The notes: generated by a model from the letters alone, not told the origin. A stretch of 64,000 nucleotides of DNA from an uncultured Nitrospinota bacterium (GCA_963707985.1 CAVPRW010000037.1:64001-128000); one strand, 5' to 3'. Shown: positions 1 through 10,884, counted from the first letter of the stretch. Made by a program: numbers and translations.

Positions 1-337
1 GTCCATCGTCGTCGGTCCAGTAGAAGTTACGCCCGCCCATACGTGTGTTGAGCGTCATATCGTCGGGACCGCGCGGTGAGCTGCGGTACTTGATGCCGGC
101 TGCCTGTACGCGAGCGAGGATCTGGTCGAATTCCCCATCGCTGACGTGAAAGCAGTAGTGATGACTGGCGAACTGCTCACGCTTGTCGAAGTCCAGGGTG
201 AGAGTCTCGTTTACGTAGACCGGTGTAAAGTGGCCCCGCGCTTCCTCCCATGGGGTGCCTAACAGGGTCGCGAGGGACCGGGCCGACGCAACGGGGTCCT
301 GCGAGGGCACGATGAGATGATCCAGTAGGATAGCCAT
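1..337 (-). CDS. VOC/glyoxalase family protein (3' end outside window)
   Basis: Manual translation MAILLDHLIVPSQD...HHYCFHVSDGEFD...GGRNFYWTDDDG; GGAGG RBS upstream of the ATG at 337. Confidence 0.85.
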   Translation of the reverse strand, partial: MAILLDHLIVPSQDPVASARSLATLLGTPWEEARGHFTPVYVNETLTLDFDKREQFASHHYCFHVSDGEFDQILARVQAAGIKYRSSPRGPDDMTLNTRMGGRNFYWTDDDG

Positions 338-736
338 TGGACGCCTCCTATGGCTGTTGCCAACGGGTATACCTCAGAAGTCTCCGCACATGTTCAATGT
401 ACTCCTATTATATCGCTGTTCTCCAGGAAGATAAACGCCCTTTTGTCCGTGCACCAGACGCTTCGCTAGCATCCGTGATCGCCTGCCTTAGGCCCACATG
501 GTTCGTCATCTCCTGCACGGAGTGAGACGGATGGGCGCGCGGCTGCGGAGTGGAAAAGGCTTATTTCGGATCGTTGACACCTCGCACAGCCCCCGGTACA
601 CTCTCGCAGACAATCGTTCAGCGCGGCCCATGTGACTCGCACAGATGCGCCAGAGGTCAAAAAGAGGGGAGAGACACCATGAAAAGCCAGGTTTCAGCTA
701 TTGGCGTTGATTCTCGGCTCGAGCATGGAGGCGACC

Positions 737-1555
737 ATGGGTGACAAGCCCCATACTCAAGCGATTCATGACTACTGGGGCCGAGACGGTCTCGGGCAGG
801 CGATCCTCGCTGTACTTACCGCATCGGGCAGGAACCTCAATGCCCTGACGATCGACGATCTCGCGCCATTGGATCAGTTTCACGGCGGCGGCAAAGCAGC
901 GACCGTGCGACTCGCCCGCCTCGCCGGATTGCAGCCTGGGATGCAGGTGCTGGACGTGGGCGGCGGTCTGGGCGGGCCAGCACGGACGCTGGTAACCGAG
1001 TTCGGCTGTCACGTCATTGTGGTCGATCTGACGGAGTCATATGTGCGAGCAGCGCAGGTCCTCACCGCACGGCTGGGGCTCGACGACCGCGTGACGCACC
1101 ACGTCGGCAATGCCCTGGAGCTGCCATTCGAGAATGGCGTATTTGATGTGGTGTGGACCCAGAACAGCGGTATGAATATCGCTGCCAAAGACCGGCTATA
1201 TGCGGGCTTTCAACGTGTACTGCGCCCCGGAGGATTGTTGGCGCTCCAAGAACCCATGGCTGGGCCGGTGCAGCCACCCATCTTCCCTGTCATGTGGGCG
1301 CGTGACCCAGCGACCAGCTTCCTGCGCATGCCCACGGAAATGCGTGCATTGATTGAGGCTGCCGGCTTCCAGGCGCGTGCCTGGGAGGATGTGACGCTCG
1401 AGATAGCTGGATCTGGGTCCGACGCCGCAGTCCCGACCGACACCATCCAATCGCTGGTGATGGGCGACGCTCTGAGCACTATCACCCGCACTGGTCGCCG
1501 CAATCGCGACGAGGGCCGCATCGTGATGGTGCAAGCAGTGTTTGATCGATCATAG
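737..1555 (+). CDS. Class I SAM-dependent methyltransferase
   Basis: VLDVGGGLGG motif I, DQFH and LRPGG; GGAGG RBS before ATG 737. Confidence 0.9.
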   Translation: MGDKPHTQAIHDYWGRDGLGQAILAVLTASGRNLNALTIDDLAPLDQFHGGGKAATVRLARLAGLQPGMQVLDVGGGLGGPARTLVTEFGCHVIVVDLTESYVRAAQVLTARLGLDDRVTHHVGNALELPFENGVFDVVWTQNSGMNIAAKDRLYAGFQRVLRPGGLLALQEPMAGPVQPPIFPVMWARDPATSFLRMPTEMRALIEAAGFQARAWEDVTLEIAGSGSDAAVPTDTIQSLVMGDALSTITRTGRRNRDEGRIVMVQAVFDRS

Positions 1556-1788
1556 CCAATGCTTCGACACCGAGCGTACCCCTGCCTTGGCCCTTGATGG
1601 GGGCAAGTACGACGCTGGTGGAGTGTACCGCCCCGCTTGGAAAGGTAGCTGAGGGTGGAGCCGCCCGCCCGCTGCCAGGCTAGAGGCTGGCTTCTTCTCT
1701 TGCCGATAGGGCACTCCAAATGGTAAGCTAGGCCCCTAACCATGTAGGATCAGGCACCCCGGCCGATCAGGCAATCAGTGGGAGGCAT

Positions 1789-1899
1789 ATGATGGGCGAA
1801 ATGGTTCTGGAAAGAGTGGGCCTCTTGGTCGACGGCATGAGACGTCTCCTCTTATCCAGACCAGCATTTCCGCATCGCCCCTTGGTCAAGCTGGCATGA
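1789..1899 (+). CDS. Putative 36-aa leader peptide (MMGEMVLERVGLLVDGMRRLLLSRPAFPHRPLVKLA)
   Basis: GGAGG at 1781-1785, open frame ending 1 nt before the next ORF; may be non-coding. Confidence 0.3.
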   Translation: MMGEMVLERVGLLVDGMRRLLLSRPAFPHRPLVKLA

Positions 1900-1900
1900 T

Positions 1901-2215
1901 ATGGAGTATCGGCGTATGAATGTGATGCGGCCCCCTGAGGAGCAATTTCCAGCCCAAGATCAAGATTTACACCAGCGATTACCGGTCGAAGAGATCGTCG
2001 AGCAAGTGAACGCGATTCTTCGAGCGCACGGACTCGAGGCTCAACTCACCAGCTTTAGCGTCATGCACAGGCGCTTCGCCGACTGTACCTGCCCAGAGCC
2101 TTCGGCGGTGGTAAGTTTGCAGGGGTTTGGACGCGCCATGTCGCGCGTTGAGGTCGAATGCTACGATCCCTGTGTGAAGCTCGGGTGCTCCTCGCAAGAG
2201 CCAATGCATCGGTGA
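1901..2215 (+). CDS. Hypothetical protein with Cys-rich C-terminus
   Basis: Protein-like composition; CTC, CYDPC and C in the C-terminal half. Confidence 0.6.
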   Translation: MEYRRMNVMRPPEEQFPAQDQDLHQRLPVEEIVEQVNAILRAHGLEAQLTSFSVMHRRFADCTCPEPSAVVSLQGFGRAMSRVEVECYDPCVKLGCSSQEPMHR

Positions 2216-2224
2216 GGGGAAGCG

Positions 2225-2575
2225 ATGGAGGAAACATTCGTCGAGGTGCGCGAGCGGGTGTTACGCCGCGTGGCAGCGGAGGTGGAGACGCAACTGATCC
2301 AGGCGCGTACAGCAATCGAGGAAGCCTTCTTCTGTGGGGAATTGCGCGGTATTGCAGATACGTGGGAACTGGAGGCCGTGGACGATTTTTCGCTGTTGCT
2401 TGAAGACCTGGGCCACATCGAGCTCTGCCGCCCAGACCTCGACAGCGACTTGACGTTTGTCGATCCACGCCTTCGCATCCCCGATGCGCTGCCCGAGCGC
2501 ACCGCCTATTATCAGGGACGTCGCAAGATTCTCGACCGCGTACATCGGGAGATCTCCGCGCGCTTGGCCACTTAG
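2225..2575 (+). CDS. Hypothetical protein
   Basis: Acidic, helical-looking ORF with GAGGGG RBS directly after the previous ORF. Confidence 0.65.
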   Translation: MEETFVEVRERVLRRVAAEVETQLIQARTAIEEAFFCGELRGIADTWELEAVDDFSLLLEDLGHIELCRPDLDSDLTFVDPRLRIPDALPERTAYYQGRRKILDRVHREISARLAT

Positions 2576-2724
2576 CGCTGGTCAAACTCGCATCACGGAG
2601 ATGCCGGTCGCATCGAGCCGTTCTTCTCCATTCCCACGGGGAGGGCGATATCTCTGATGTCCCTTTCCCTCCGGGAGAGGGTGAGGGAAGCAGAGAGTAA
2701 CTCACACCATTCGGGAGATGATCC

Positions 2725-3123
2725 ATGCAGAAAGAGGCCTTTTGCGCTCCAACGGTATACAACCCGGTGCGGTATGTCCAGGGGATCAAGACCACTGGTG
2801 GCACGATCGTGTGGATCTCCGGGCAAGTGTCGCAGGACAAAGATGGCCAGGTGGTACACAAGGGCGATTTCGCCGGACAAGCGCGCCAGGCCCTCACTAA
2901 TCTCCAGGCTATGGTCGAGGCCGCCGGCGGGACCATTCAGGATATCGTCAAGGTTAACACCTATCTGACCGACCTGCGCTATCGCGAGGAGTTGGCCCGC
3001 ATTCGTGCCGAATTTTTCCCGGACGGCAAGCTGCCGGTCTCGACCCTGCTCGGCGTCGCCGGCCTCGCCGATCCCGACATGCTGGTAGAAATCGAAGCGG
3101 TCGCGGTGCTGCCGGAGACATAA
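2725..3123 (+). CDS. RidA/YjgF family protein
   Basis: ISGQV, IVKVNTYLTD and LVEIEAVA motifs. Confidence 0.92.
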   Translation: MQKEAFCAPTVYNPVRYVQGIKTTGGTIVWISGQVSQDKDGQVVHKGDFAGQARQALTNLQAMVEAAGGTIQDIVKVNTYLTDLRYREELARIRAEFFPDGKLPVSTLLGVAGLADPDMLVEIEAVAVLPET

Positions 3124-3237
3124 CCGGGCCGAATGTGGAGAGTTCGATCATCTTGCAGCTGACCGGTGCAGGCGTTGCGCCATGGGTACGTTCGCTAAGA
3201 CGAGAATGAGTTGCAGGGACGGGAAGGAGCAGCAGCG

Positions 3238-3594
3238 ATGTTTTTATTTCGAGTGCTGGTCGCCTGGTTGCTTTCAGCAGCCGCGTTTTTAGGGGTATCG
3301 AAGGTTCTACCAGGCTTTCGCATCGGGAGTTTTGGTACTGCCCTCGTGGTAGCGGCGGTTTACAGCATCTTCTATGTCGTCCTACATTTCATCCTGTTCC
3401 AAATTCTCTGGATCCTGACGATCCCCTTAGTCATCCTAACGCTTGGGATCATCTTCTTCGTGGTCAATGCGATAATCCTGTGGTTTACCAACAAGGTCGT
3501 CGAAGACTTCAGCATCGATACCACCGCGACCTTGCTCATGGCCGCAGTATTGTTGACGATTGCTAACTGGATGATTCGCTTCGTGCTATTTTAG
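3238..3594 (+). CDS. 4-TM membrane protein, YvlD/DUF360 (phage holin-like) family
   Basis: LPGFRI...LTIPLVILTLG...VVNAIILW pattern. Confidence 0.85.
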   Translation: MFLFRVLVAWLLSAAAFLGVSKVLPGFRIGSFGTALVVAAVYSIFYVVLHFILFQILWILTIPLVILTLGIIFFVVNAIILWFTNKVVEDFSIDTTATLLMAAVLLTIANWMIRFVLF

Positions 3595-3634
3595 TGTGAA
3601 CACAGCCGCCCTCTTCCCCCCACCCTCTTCCAAC

Positions 3635-6600
3635 CTAATCATCCACGCGAGCGCGCTCAATGATGGTGGTCACCTTGGCAAACTCGTGCCGCACGTAGAA
3701 TTCCCAATTGGCCAGGATACGCGTGGCGATCTCGCTCCCGGTCAAGCGCTGGTGGTTTTCGATGAGGCGGCGTAGGTGCGGCTCGTCCTCGGTCGACAGC
3801 CGTTCGACCTTGACGGATTCCGTGTTCAGACGGCCATCGCGATAGGCTTTGAAACCATTGAAGAGATACAACACCCCACTGCGAAAGCCTCCAGCACAGT
3901 TCCAGCCGATGTCCTCCACATCCTCAGCCAGGATGACGACGGTGCCGCGCGTCATGTATTCACACGCATCATCACCGACCCCCTCGACCACCGCCGTAGC
4001 GCCACTATTGCGCACCATGAAACGCAAGGCGGCCTTGCCACGGACGTACATTTCACCGCCAGTCGCGCCATAGCCCGAAGACATCCCCACAACCGCAGCC
4101 TTGTTCGCCGGGCAGGCCAGGTCAGCGGGCGGTCGGACGACGATCAACCCACCGTCCGCCATCGAGTCACCCACCGCATCGTTGGCAAACCCCTCCAGGA
4201 AAATCTGCATGCCACTGTGAATGCCAAAGCCGAGACCATTGCCGGCATGCCCCTTGAGGTGAATCTTGATCGGGAAACGCTGGCCCTCGCGCTCTTTGCG
4301 CAGCCCCAACTCACCCGCCAGGGTGGCACCGAAGGCACGATCGGTGTTGCAAATCTCGTAGGATACCTCCACCGGTCGAGGCGTGTGGGGGTCGAGCGCT
4401 GGAGCAGCATCCTGTAGCAGACGCTGGTTCAGGGGACTGACGGGGAAATCGCGATAGGTCAATTCGCCCACCGGCAGCGGCTTGTGCAACAGATCGTCGA
4501 AGTGAATCCGTCCCATCGTGTGCGGGAGATCCTGGCGCTCGTGCAGCAAATCAGTACGCCCGATGATCTCACGGACGCTGCGATAGCCCATGGCAGCCAG
4601 ATGCTCGCGGATTTCGTGGGCGAAGAATAACAGAAACTTCAGCCCATAGATCGGCTTCCCCTGATACTTCGCAATCAGGTCCTTACGCTGCGTGGCGACG
4701 CCGACCGTACAACCCCCGAGATGGCAGACACGCTGCTGCACGCAGCCGATCGTCTCCATGAAAATCGTCCCCAGCCCGACGGCATCGGCGCCAAGGAGGA
4801 ACATCTTGACGGCATGCAGCCCCGTCTGAATGCCGCCATCCCCCACCAGTTTCGCCTGTGCGCGCAGGCCGCTCTCGGCCAGCACCTGATGCGACAGTTG
4901 CACGCCATACTCCACGGGAAGGCCACCATACTTGATGGTATCGAGTGGCGAGGCCCCGGTGCCACCGCTATGGCCGGCCATCCAGACGATATCGGCCCCG
5001 GCCTTGGCAATTCCCGCGGCGACCATAGCCGCACCCGAGACCGAGACGATCTTCACGGCGATACGAGCGACCGGATTGAGTTGACGCAACTTGTAGATGA
5101 CAGCATTGAGGTCCTCGATGCTATAGATATCTTCATTGTTAAAGGGGGATTGCAACTCCGTCCCGACGTCGACATGGCGTACCTCGGCGATGATGGGCAC
5201 CACCTTACGACCGGGGAGAAGGCCCCCCATGCCGGGTTTTGCCCCCTGTGCAACCTTGATCTGAATCACTCGGCATTGGCGCAGGTACCCCGGCGTCACG
5301 CCGAAACGTCCGGAGGCAAATTGGTGGCTTTGAGGATTGGCATACTCACCGCTGGCCAGCAACTTCATGCGATAGAGGGGAATCCCCCCTTCACCGGTGC
5401 CGATCGTACTGCCCACCAGGTTGTAGGCGATGGCCATATCACGATGCGCGGGATCACTGATCGAGCCGAACGACATGTCGCCGCCGAGCACGCGTCCTTT
5501 GCCGTCGAGGTCCATAAGGATCTTCCATTCCGGCTCGACTTCGTCCAGGGGGATCGGCGATCGATCGGACACGATCTGGAACGTATCTCCGACGGTGATG
5601 GGCAGACGATGGCGAATCACGTCCGTCCAGGCCCGATATTGGTCATAGCCACCGACAACCTCCAGGAAGCTTTCGATGAACTCACGCGGTGGCGTGCGCT
5701 GCGCCAGGAGTTTCATATAGCGTTCTTCTTCGAGCGGCGTCACCGCCAGGACCTTGCGCATCAGCGGCACAAAGACCTCAGGGCTGTTGGCATGGCGCTC
5801 TTTGCCGCGCCGATAGCGTACAAAGCCGTGTTCCGTGAGCTCGGGCGTATCGGTAGGGTCCCAGGCCTCATGATGGATGATGAGAATGTCGGTGAGTAAG
5901 TCCTCCAATGATACTCCCCGCCCGAAGCAGGTCATGTCGGGGAAAAACTCATCCATCACCTCTTTGTCGAGGCCAATCATATCGAATAATTGCGCCGCAT
6001 TGTAGGATGAGGCGACACAGATTCCGAGCGTCGCCATGATACGTTTCAGGCCATGGACAAGTGTTTGACGGAAGTGCTCGCCCTCGGGATCGCTCTTGAG
6101 ATCATCCGATTCTTCGCACAGACGTTGAACCCACTCCAGTGCCAGCCAGGGATGCACCGCATCGGCACCACAGCCGATCAAACACGCGATGTCATGTTCA
6201 AGGCGTGCCATGCCCGTATCGGCCACGAGGCCGACCTGTGGTCGCAAGCCCAACCGGTTGAGGGTCTGGTGCACGCCGCTGACGGCCAGCAACATGTCGA
6301 GTCTCGCCTCTTCGGCGTCCAGGCCGCGATCGGTGAGGATGACGACCCGACAACCCTTTTCGACCGCCTCAGCGGCCTCTCGGTCCAGCTCTTCCAGTCG
6401 CCAGCGTGCCCCGGCCGGCCCCTCATCCGCCGGATAGGTGACCGACAGGGTCGCCACGCGCTCTTGATTGCATAGCCAGGCAAAGCGGGGACCACTGAGA
6501 ATGGGGTCCTCCAGCTCGATGACTTTGGCGTCGTGCTCCCAGAGAATCGACTCAGGGGCGAAAAAGCCGTAGAGTTTGCCGAGGGTGACCCGCGTCGAGA

Positions 6601-8290
6601 ACACATAGGCCTCGTTGTGCGGATCGACGGATGGATTGGTCACCTGGGCGTGTCGGCGTCGGGCGTAGCGCGTCAGGGTCCGTGGTCGCTCGATCACCAA
6701 CGGCGCGATCGGCGTATCGTCCCCCATCGAGAAGGTGGCTTCTTTACCGGTGCGCAGCATGGGGAGAATGAAATACTCGCGCTCGTCGCTATTGGCGCCG
6801 AAGGCGATCAACAGCCGGGTAAAGCGATCGGGATCGATCGCTAAACGGGCGTACGGATCGGTCCCGGAGGGGATGATGCGCTGCTCGGCAATCGCCACCC
6901 ACTTGCGACGACCTCCCAGCTCGCTCTTCAGCTCATTGTCCGGATAGATGCGACCTTCGTCCAGGTCAAGCGCGACAATCTCTCCTGGCCCGAGCTGAAT
7001 CGAATTGGTGATCTCGGCAGCCGGGATCTCTAACGCGCCGATCTCGGAGGACAGGTGGAACAGGCCATCTTTGGTCTCCACATACCGCAGCGGCCGATAG
7101 CCGTTACGATCGCCGTGGGCGATCGCGTAGCGTCCATCGAGGTAGATCAAACCGGCGGGCCCATCCCACGGCTCGCGCATGGCATGTTGCAAACGGTACC
7201 AGGCGCGCAGACCGTCCGCCATGCCAAGACGGCTCTCCCAGGCCTCAGGGATAAGACCGAGGAGCGCTGAGACGGGGTCGACTCCGCAGTGAATCACCGC
7301 CTCCAGCACATTGTTGAGTTGGTAGCTATCGCTGCCATTGGTCAGGAGATCGGCGAAGATCCGCGCCCGCCGGCCGCGCAGCCCAGCCAGGCGCGCCCGC
7401 GTCCAGTTGCGGTTGCCGGAAAGGGTATTGATCTCACCGTTATGGCCGAGCATCGAGAACGGTTGGGCATTGGACCAGAACCATGGCGTGTTGGTGGCAT
7501 AACGCTGGTGATACATCACCGCTGCCACCTGGAAGTCAGGATGGCCGAGGTCGGCCTGATAAAACTCGCCGATCTGGCTGGCGCGGAACATCCCCTTGTA
7601 GACCAACGTAAAGGGAGACATCGAGCACACATGGAACTCACTGATGCCAGCGCGCTTGACCTCTTGATCAATCTGACGGCGGACGCGATACAAAATAAGG
7701 GCGAAGCGATCAGGATGCGAGCGCCGGGCCGTCGGTCGGCCACGATCGGGGTTCTCGATCAGCACTTGCTGCATGTGGGGCAGTGTCTCGCGCGCCATGT
7801 CGCCGAGGATATCTTCGCGGCAGAGGACGTCGCGCCAACCGAGAATGGTCAAATTAAAATCGTCGCAGGCACGCTCGACGATGCGCCGGGCGATGTCCGC
7901 CCGCTCCGGGTCCTGACTGTTGAACACCTGGGCGACACCCCAGGGGCAGGGATCGCCATAGGGAATACGCTGGTCGAAGGCCTGGGCCAGGAAGGCTTGC
8001 AGGGCACCGTGGCGATTGTACAAGAACATCATGCCGGCGCCATCGCTGGTACCAGGGTCATCGGCACTCCTGTGAGTTTCCGCCCCGCGATGGGTCAGGC
8101 ACCCGTGAGCCGTGATGGCATTTTCGAGGATTCGCCGGTTCGGTTCGCCATCGAGACGGGCCAGAACACCGATACCGCAAGCCGCCTTTTGCCAGGCATC
8201 AACGGCGATACGGTGGGTCTCGTAGAAATGTCGCGGCATCGCGAGGTCATGCATCAAACTCGGGGCGTCAACGTCATAGCGCGACAGCAC
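3635..8290 (-). CDS. gltB: Glutamate synthase large subunit
   Basis: CGIG N-terminal nucleophile, HNGEINT, MSFGSIS, IKVAQGAKPG, 3Fe-4S CVQQRVCHLGGC, GXGXG domain. Confidence 0.97.
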   Translation of the reverse strand: MLSRYDVDAPSLMHDLAMPRHFYETHRIAVDAWQKAACGIGVLARLDGEPNRRILENAITAHGCLTHRGAETHRSADDPGTSDGAGMMFLYNRHGALQAFLAQAFDQRIPYGDPCPWGVAQVFNSQDPERADIARRIVERACDDFNLTILGWRDVLCREDILGDMARETLPHMQQVLIENPDRGRPTARRSHPDRFALILYRVRRQIDQEVKRAGISEFHVCSMSPFTLVYKGMFRASQIGEFYQADLGHPDFQVAAVMYHQRYATNTPWFWSNAQPFSMLGHNGEINTLSGNRNWTRARLAGLRGRRARIFADLLTNGSDSYQLNNVLEAVIHCGVDPVSALLGLIPEAWESRLGMADGLRAWYRLQHAMREPWDGPAGLIYLDGRYAIAHGDRNGYRPLRYVETKDGLFHLSSEIGALEIPAAEITNSIQLGPGEIVALDLDEGRIYPDNELKSELGGRRKWVAIAEQRIIPSGTDPYARLAIDPDRFTRLLIAFGANSDEREYFILPMLRTGKEATFSMGDDTPIAPLVIERPRTLTRYARRRHAQVTNPSVDPHNEAYVFSTRVTLGKLYGFFAPESILWEHDAKVIELEDPILSGPRFAWLCNQERVATLSVTYPADEGPAGARWRLEELDREAAEAVEKGCRVVILTDRGLDAEEARLDMLLAVSGVHQTLNRLGLRPQVGLVADTGMARLEHDIACLIGCGADAVHPWLALEWVQRLCEESDDLKSDPEGEHFRQTLVHGLKRIMATLGICVASSYNAAQLFDMIGLDKEVMDEFFPDMTCFGRGVSLEDLLTDILIIHHEAWDPTDTPELTEHGFVRYRRGKERHANSPEVFVPLMRKVLAVTPLEEERYMKLLAQRTPPREFIESFLEVVGGYDQYRAWTDVIRHRLPITVGDTFQIVSDRSPIPLDEVEPEWKILMDLDGKGRVLGGDMSFGSISDPAHRDMAIAYNLVGSTIGTGEGGIPLYRMKLLASGEYANPQSHQFASGRFGVTPGYLRQCRVIQIKVAQGAKPGMGGLLPGRKVVPIIAEVRHVDVGTELQSPFNNEDIYSIEDLNAVIYKLRQLNPVARIAVKIVSVSGAAMVAAGIAKAGADIVWMAGHSGGTGASPLDTIKYGGLPVEYGVQLSHQVLAESGLRAQAKLVGDGGIQTGLHAVKMFLLGADAVGLGTIFMETIGCVQQRVCHLGGCTVGVATQRKDLIAKYQGKPIYGLKFLLFFAHEIREHLAAMGYRSVREIIGRTDLLHERQDLPHTMGRIHFDDLLHKPLPVGELTYRDFPVSPLNQRLLQDAAPALDPHTPRPVEVSYEICNTDRAFGATLAGELGLRKEREGQRFPIKIHLKGHAGNGLGFGIHSGMQIFLEGFANDAVGDSMADGGLIVVRPPADLACPANKAAVVGMSSGYGATGGEMYVRGKAALRFMVRNSGATAVVEGVGDDACEYMTRGTVVILAEDVEDIGWNCAGGFRSGVLYLFNGFKAYRDGRLNTESVKVERLSTEDEPHLRRLIENHQRLTGSEIATRILANWEFYVRHEFAKVTTIIERARVDD

Positions 8291-8575
8291 AGTGCCTACT
8301 CCTTCGATACACCGTGCCAGCGTCTGCTGCCCTCACCGATGCACTATTACCGAGCAACTAGGCACTGGCGGCCAATTTTATCATCCGACGCGTGGTCCGC
8401 CACTGCTGGAATGGCGCGTCTTTTCTAGCTCCATAATGTGGCATGACTATATACACCGAAATCGGTAGCATGCCAACGATTTTTTGCGCCGTGCCAGAGG
8501 CCGACCATATGAGCGCCGCTGCGTGTTGTGACGAATGAAAGCGCAGTTCTGTGGACTGCCTCATCTGCCTTGGGG

Positions 8576-8638
8576 GCGGAAGTGTATGGTTGGTTCACCG
8601 AGGGGTTCGATACGGTCGACTTGCGGCAGGCCAGGGCA
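8576..8638 (+). pseudogene. Orphan C-terminal fragment of an adenylate-cyclase/AAA-ATPase-TPR protein
   Basis: AEVYGWFTEGFDTVDLRQARA matches the typical last helix of this family; no upstream gene body. Confidence 0.7.
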
Positions 8639-8644
8639 CAAACC

Positions 8645-9223
8645 TTATGCACCAACGATGTCCACTTTGTCGTAGACTTCCGCCAGAGCGAGGTGACAGT
8701 CGATCGAGGGCAGGTGGACGGTGTCGGACAAGCTGTCTGCCTCCGCCAGCAACCAGCGGCTGTCCGCCTGTCGTACGTAGTGCTCAATATGGGGTTTCGT
8801 CTGGGTAATCAAGACATATTCCATCAGGGAATCCAGCTTACGATAGTGGGCGAACTTGCCACCACGGTCGTAGGCTTCCGTAGACTCGGAGAGCACTTCG
8901 ACGATCAGCGTGGGGTTTAGCAAGGTATCTTGCTGGTTGTCTTCGAACCGGGCTTCGCCGCAGACCACGGTAACATCGGGGTAAGTGTATAGACCTGAGG
9001 GACTGATCTTGACGCGCATATCGCTGGGGTAGGTGGTGCAGGGACGCCCCTTGAGTTGTAGGCTCACTTCTCGAAGCACATTCGTCACGATCAGATTGTG
9101 CCATCGGCTGGCGCCGGCCATAGCGAAGATTTCGCCGGCATAATACTCACTCTTACACTGCGCCTGACGCTCCAGGGCTAGATATTCCTCCGGGGTATAA
9201 CGCTGTTGCGTTTGCGAAGCCAT
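8645..9223 (-). CDS. Uma2/DUF820 family endonuclease
   Basis: YTPEEYL, YPDVTVVC, IVEVLSEST and DRGGKF. Confidence 0.93.
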   Translation of the reverse strand: MASQTQQRYTPEEYLALERQAQCKSEYYAGEIFAMAGASRWHNLIVTNVLREVSLQLKGRPCTTYPSDMRVKISPSGLYTYPDVTVVCGEARFEDNQQDTLLNPTLIVEVLSESTEAYDRGGKFAHYRKLDSLMEYVLITQTKPHIEHYVRQADSRWLLAEADSLSDTVHLPSIDCHLALAEVYDKVDIVGA

Positions 9224-9415
9224 ACGCTGCTCCTTAACATACGTCTGCCGCGTGGAAAACTCAGAGCAGTAAATATACCACAGACGTGCCACACGCCATG
9301 GTGCCGCTCAGATAGCCTCGCAGATGAGCGCCCCGGACCAGCGCTGAAAGACGTTGTCCGGTGCCGCAGGCGTCAGTGCCATCGTGGCTGGCACCCGCAG
9401 CCGGTGGGAACCCGC

Positions 9416-10819
9416 TCACGCCATGGGCTTGACATTCACGTTGTGGCGGAACAGATTCGTCGGATCATACTTGCTCTTCAAGGCTACCAGCCGTTCGTAG
9501 TTTGGTCCAAAGGCGTCCTTGATCCTGTCGGCACCCTCCTCGGCCTCGACTCCCATCTGGGTGATGTATGCCCCGCCACTCCCAAAGGGTTGCATGGCCT
9601 CCGCGAGCGCACGCGTCCAGCCAATATTCAGTCCATCCGCGGCCGGGTCGACCCAGCTCGACTGGCAGCCCCAGTCACACAGGGCATCGCGCTGGCTGAA
9701 GGCGGTTTCTCGCACACCGACACGGTTGGCGGCATTGCCTAATTGTTGGAAGAACACCAGGGTATGCGGTGAGGGAACGTTGGCGAAACGGTTGATCAGT
9801 GCATCGATGGCGTCGTCGCTGATGCTGCGCATGAAGCTCGATTTGAAATAGTAGCGCCGCCCACGCACCGCCGCGGCATCGAGCTGCGTTTGCACCTCGC
9901 GGTAGGCCATCGGACGAATCTGGTCGGCGACCGGTGGGCCGAATTCTCGAAGGGGTCGCAGGACTCTTTCGCCAGCGTCGAGGCTGCCATTGTAACAGAC
10001 GGCAATGACCGCCATCAGGTCGCCATCAGGCGAGGTGAGCAACCCGCCCATGGTGTTCACTTCGTCGGGAATGGCCTTGGCGAAGTCGCGATAGTAGGCG
10101 AGCGCCTCTTTGGCTCTCGTAAAGGGATGGAGCACCATGCCCGCCAATAGCGGCCCGACAGGATGGAGTTGATACTCGAAAGAGGTGACGATGCCAAAAT
10201 TCCCACCGCCGCCGCGCAGACCCCAGAAGAGGTCAGCGTGCTCGGTGGCACTGGCCACGAGCAATTTGCCGTCGGCGGTGACGACATCGGCAGAGAGCAG
10301 ATTATCGCAGCTCAGACCACATTTCCCCGCCAACCAGCCAAGGCCACCGCCGAGGGTGAGACCGGCGATACCGGTATCGGAGACCGAGCCACCGGTAGTC
10401 GCCAGGCCGAAAGCCTGTGTTTCATGATCGAGCTCTCCCCAGGTCACCCCGCCTTCAGCGCGCGCTGTGCGTCGTTTCGGGTCGACCCTGATGCTCCGCA
10501 TGCACGCCAGGTCGATCATTAGCCCCCCGTCGCAGACCGCGTTGCCGGGGATGTTATGGCCGCCACCACGCACTGATACCAGGAGCTGATGGGTGCGGGC
10601 GAAATCAACTGCGCTGATGACATCGGCGACCCCGGTGCAACGGGCGATGAGGCCGGGGCGTTTATCGATCATGCCGTTCCAGACTTTGCGGGCTTCGTCG
10701 TATGCAGCGTCGCCGACACGAAGCAACTCGCCGCGCAGGCTGGTTTTTAAGGTTTCGACCGTGGTGCCTTTGATGACCGTTTGCGAGCCTGCGGTCGTGA
10801 TCAGAGGCAGGTCTACCAT
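9416..10819 (-). CDS. FAD-binding oxidoreductase with BBE domain
   Basis: RGGGH, GLTLGGG, GGGGNFG and KYDPTNLF. Confidence 0.95.
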   Translation of the reverse strand: MVDLPLITTAGSQTVIKGTTVETLKTSLRGELLRVGDAAYDEARKVWNGMIDKRPGLIARCTGVADVISAVDFARTHQLLVSVRGGGHNIPGNAVCDGGLMIDLACMRSIRVDPKRRTARAEGGVTWGELDHETQAFGLATTGGSVSDTGIAGLTLGGGLGWLAGKCGLSCDNLLSADVVTADGKLLVASATEHADLFWGLRGGGGNFGIVTSFEYQLHPVGPLLAGMVLHPFTRAKEALAYYRDFAKAIPDEVNTMGGLLTSPDGDLMAVIAVCYNGSLDAGERVLRPLREFGPPVADQIRPMAYREVQTQLDAAAVRGRRYYFKSSFMRSISDDAIDALINRFANVPSPHTLVFFQQLGNAANRVGVRETAFSQRDALCDWGCQSSWVDPAADGLNIGWTRALAEAMQPFGSGGAYITQMGVEAEEGADRIKDAFGPNYERLVALKSKYDPTNLFRHNVNVKPMA

Positions 10820-10884
10820 GATGATCCCTCCCTTTCACGATGGCCTGATAGATGTCCACACTTGGTCGACAGACAGCCGCGAAG

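Noticed and set aside
2213..2215. UGA readthrough joining the in-frame ORFs 1901-2215 and 2225-2575
   Set aside because: No redox motif or SECIS-like hairpin, and the downstream ORF has its own RBS and ATG
3776..8428. Long plus-strand ORFs inside gltB, and similar ones opposite GH88, LLM, IS and intI
   Set aside because: Antisense shadows typical of high-GC coding DNA
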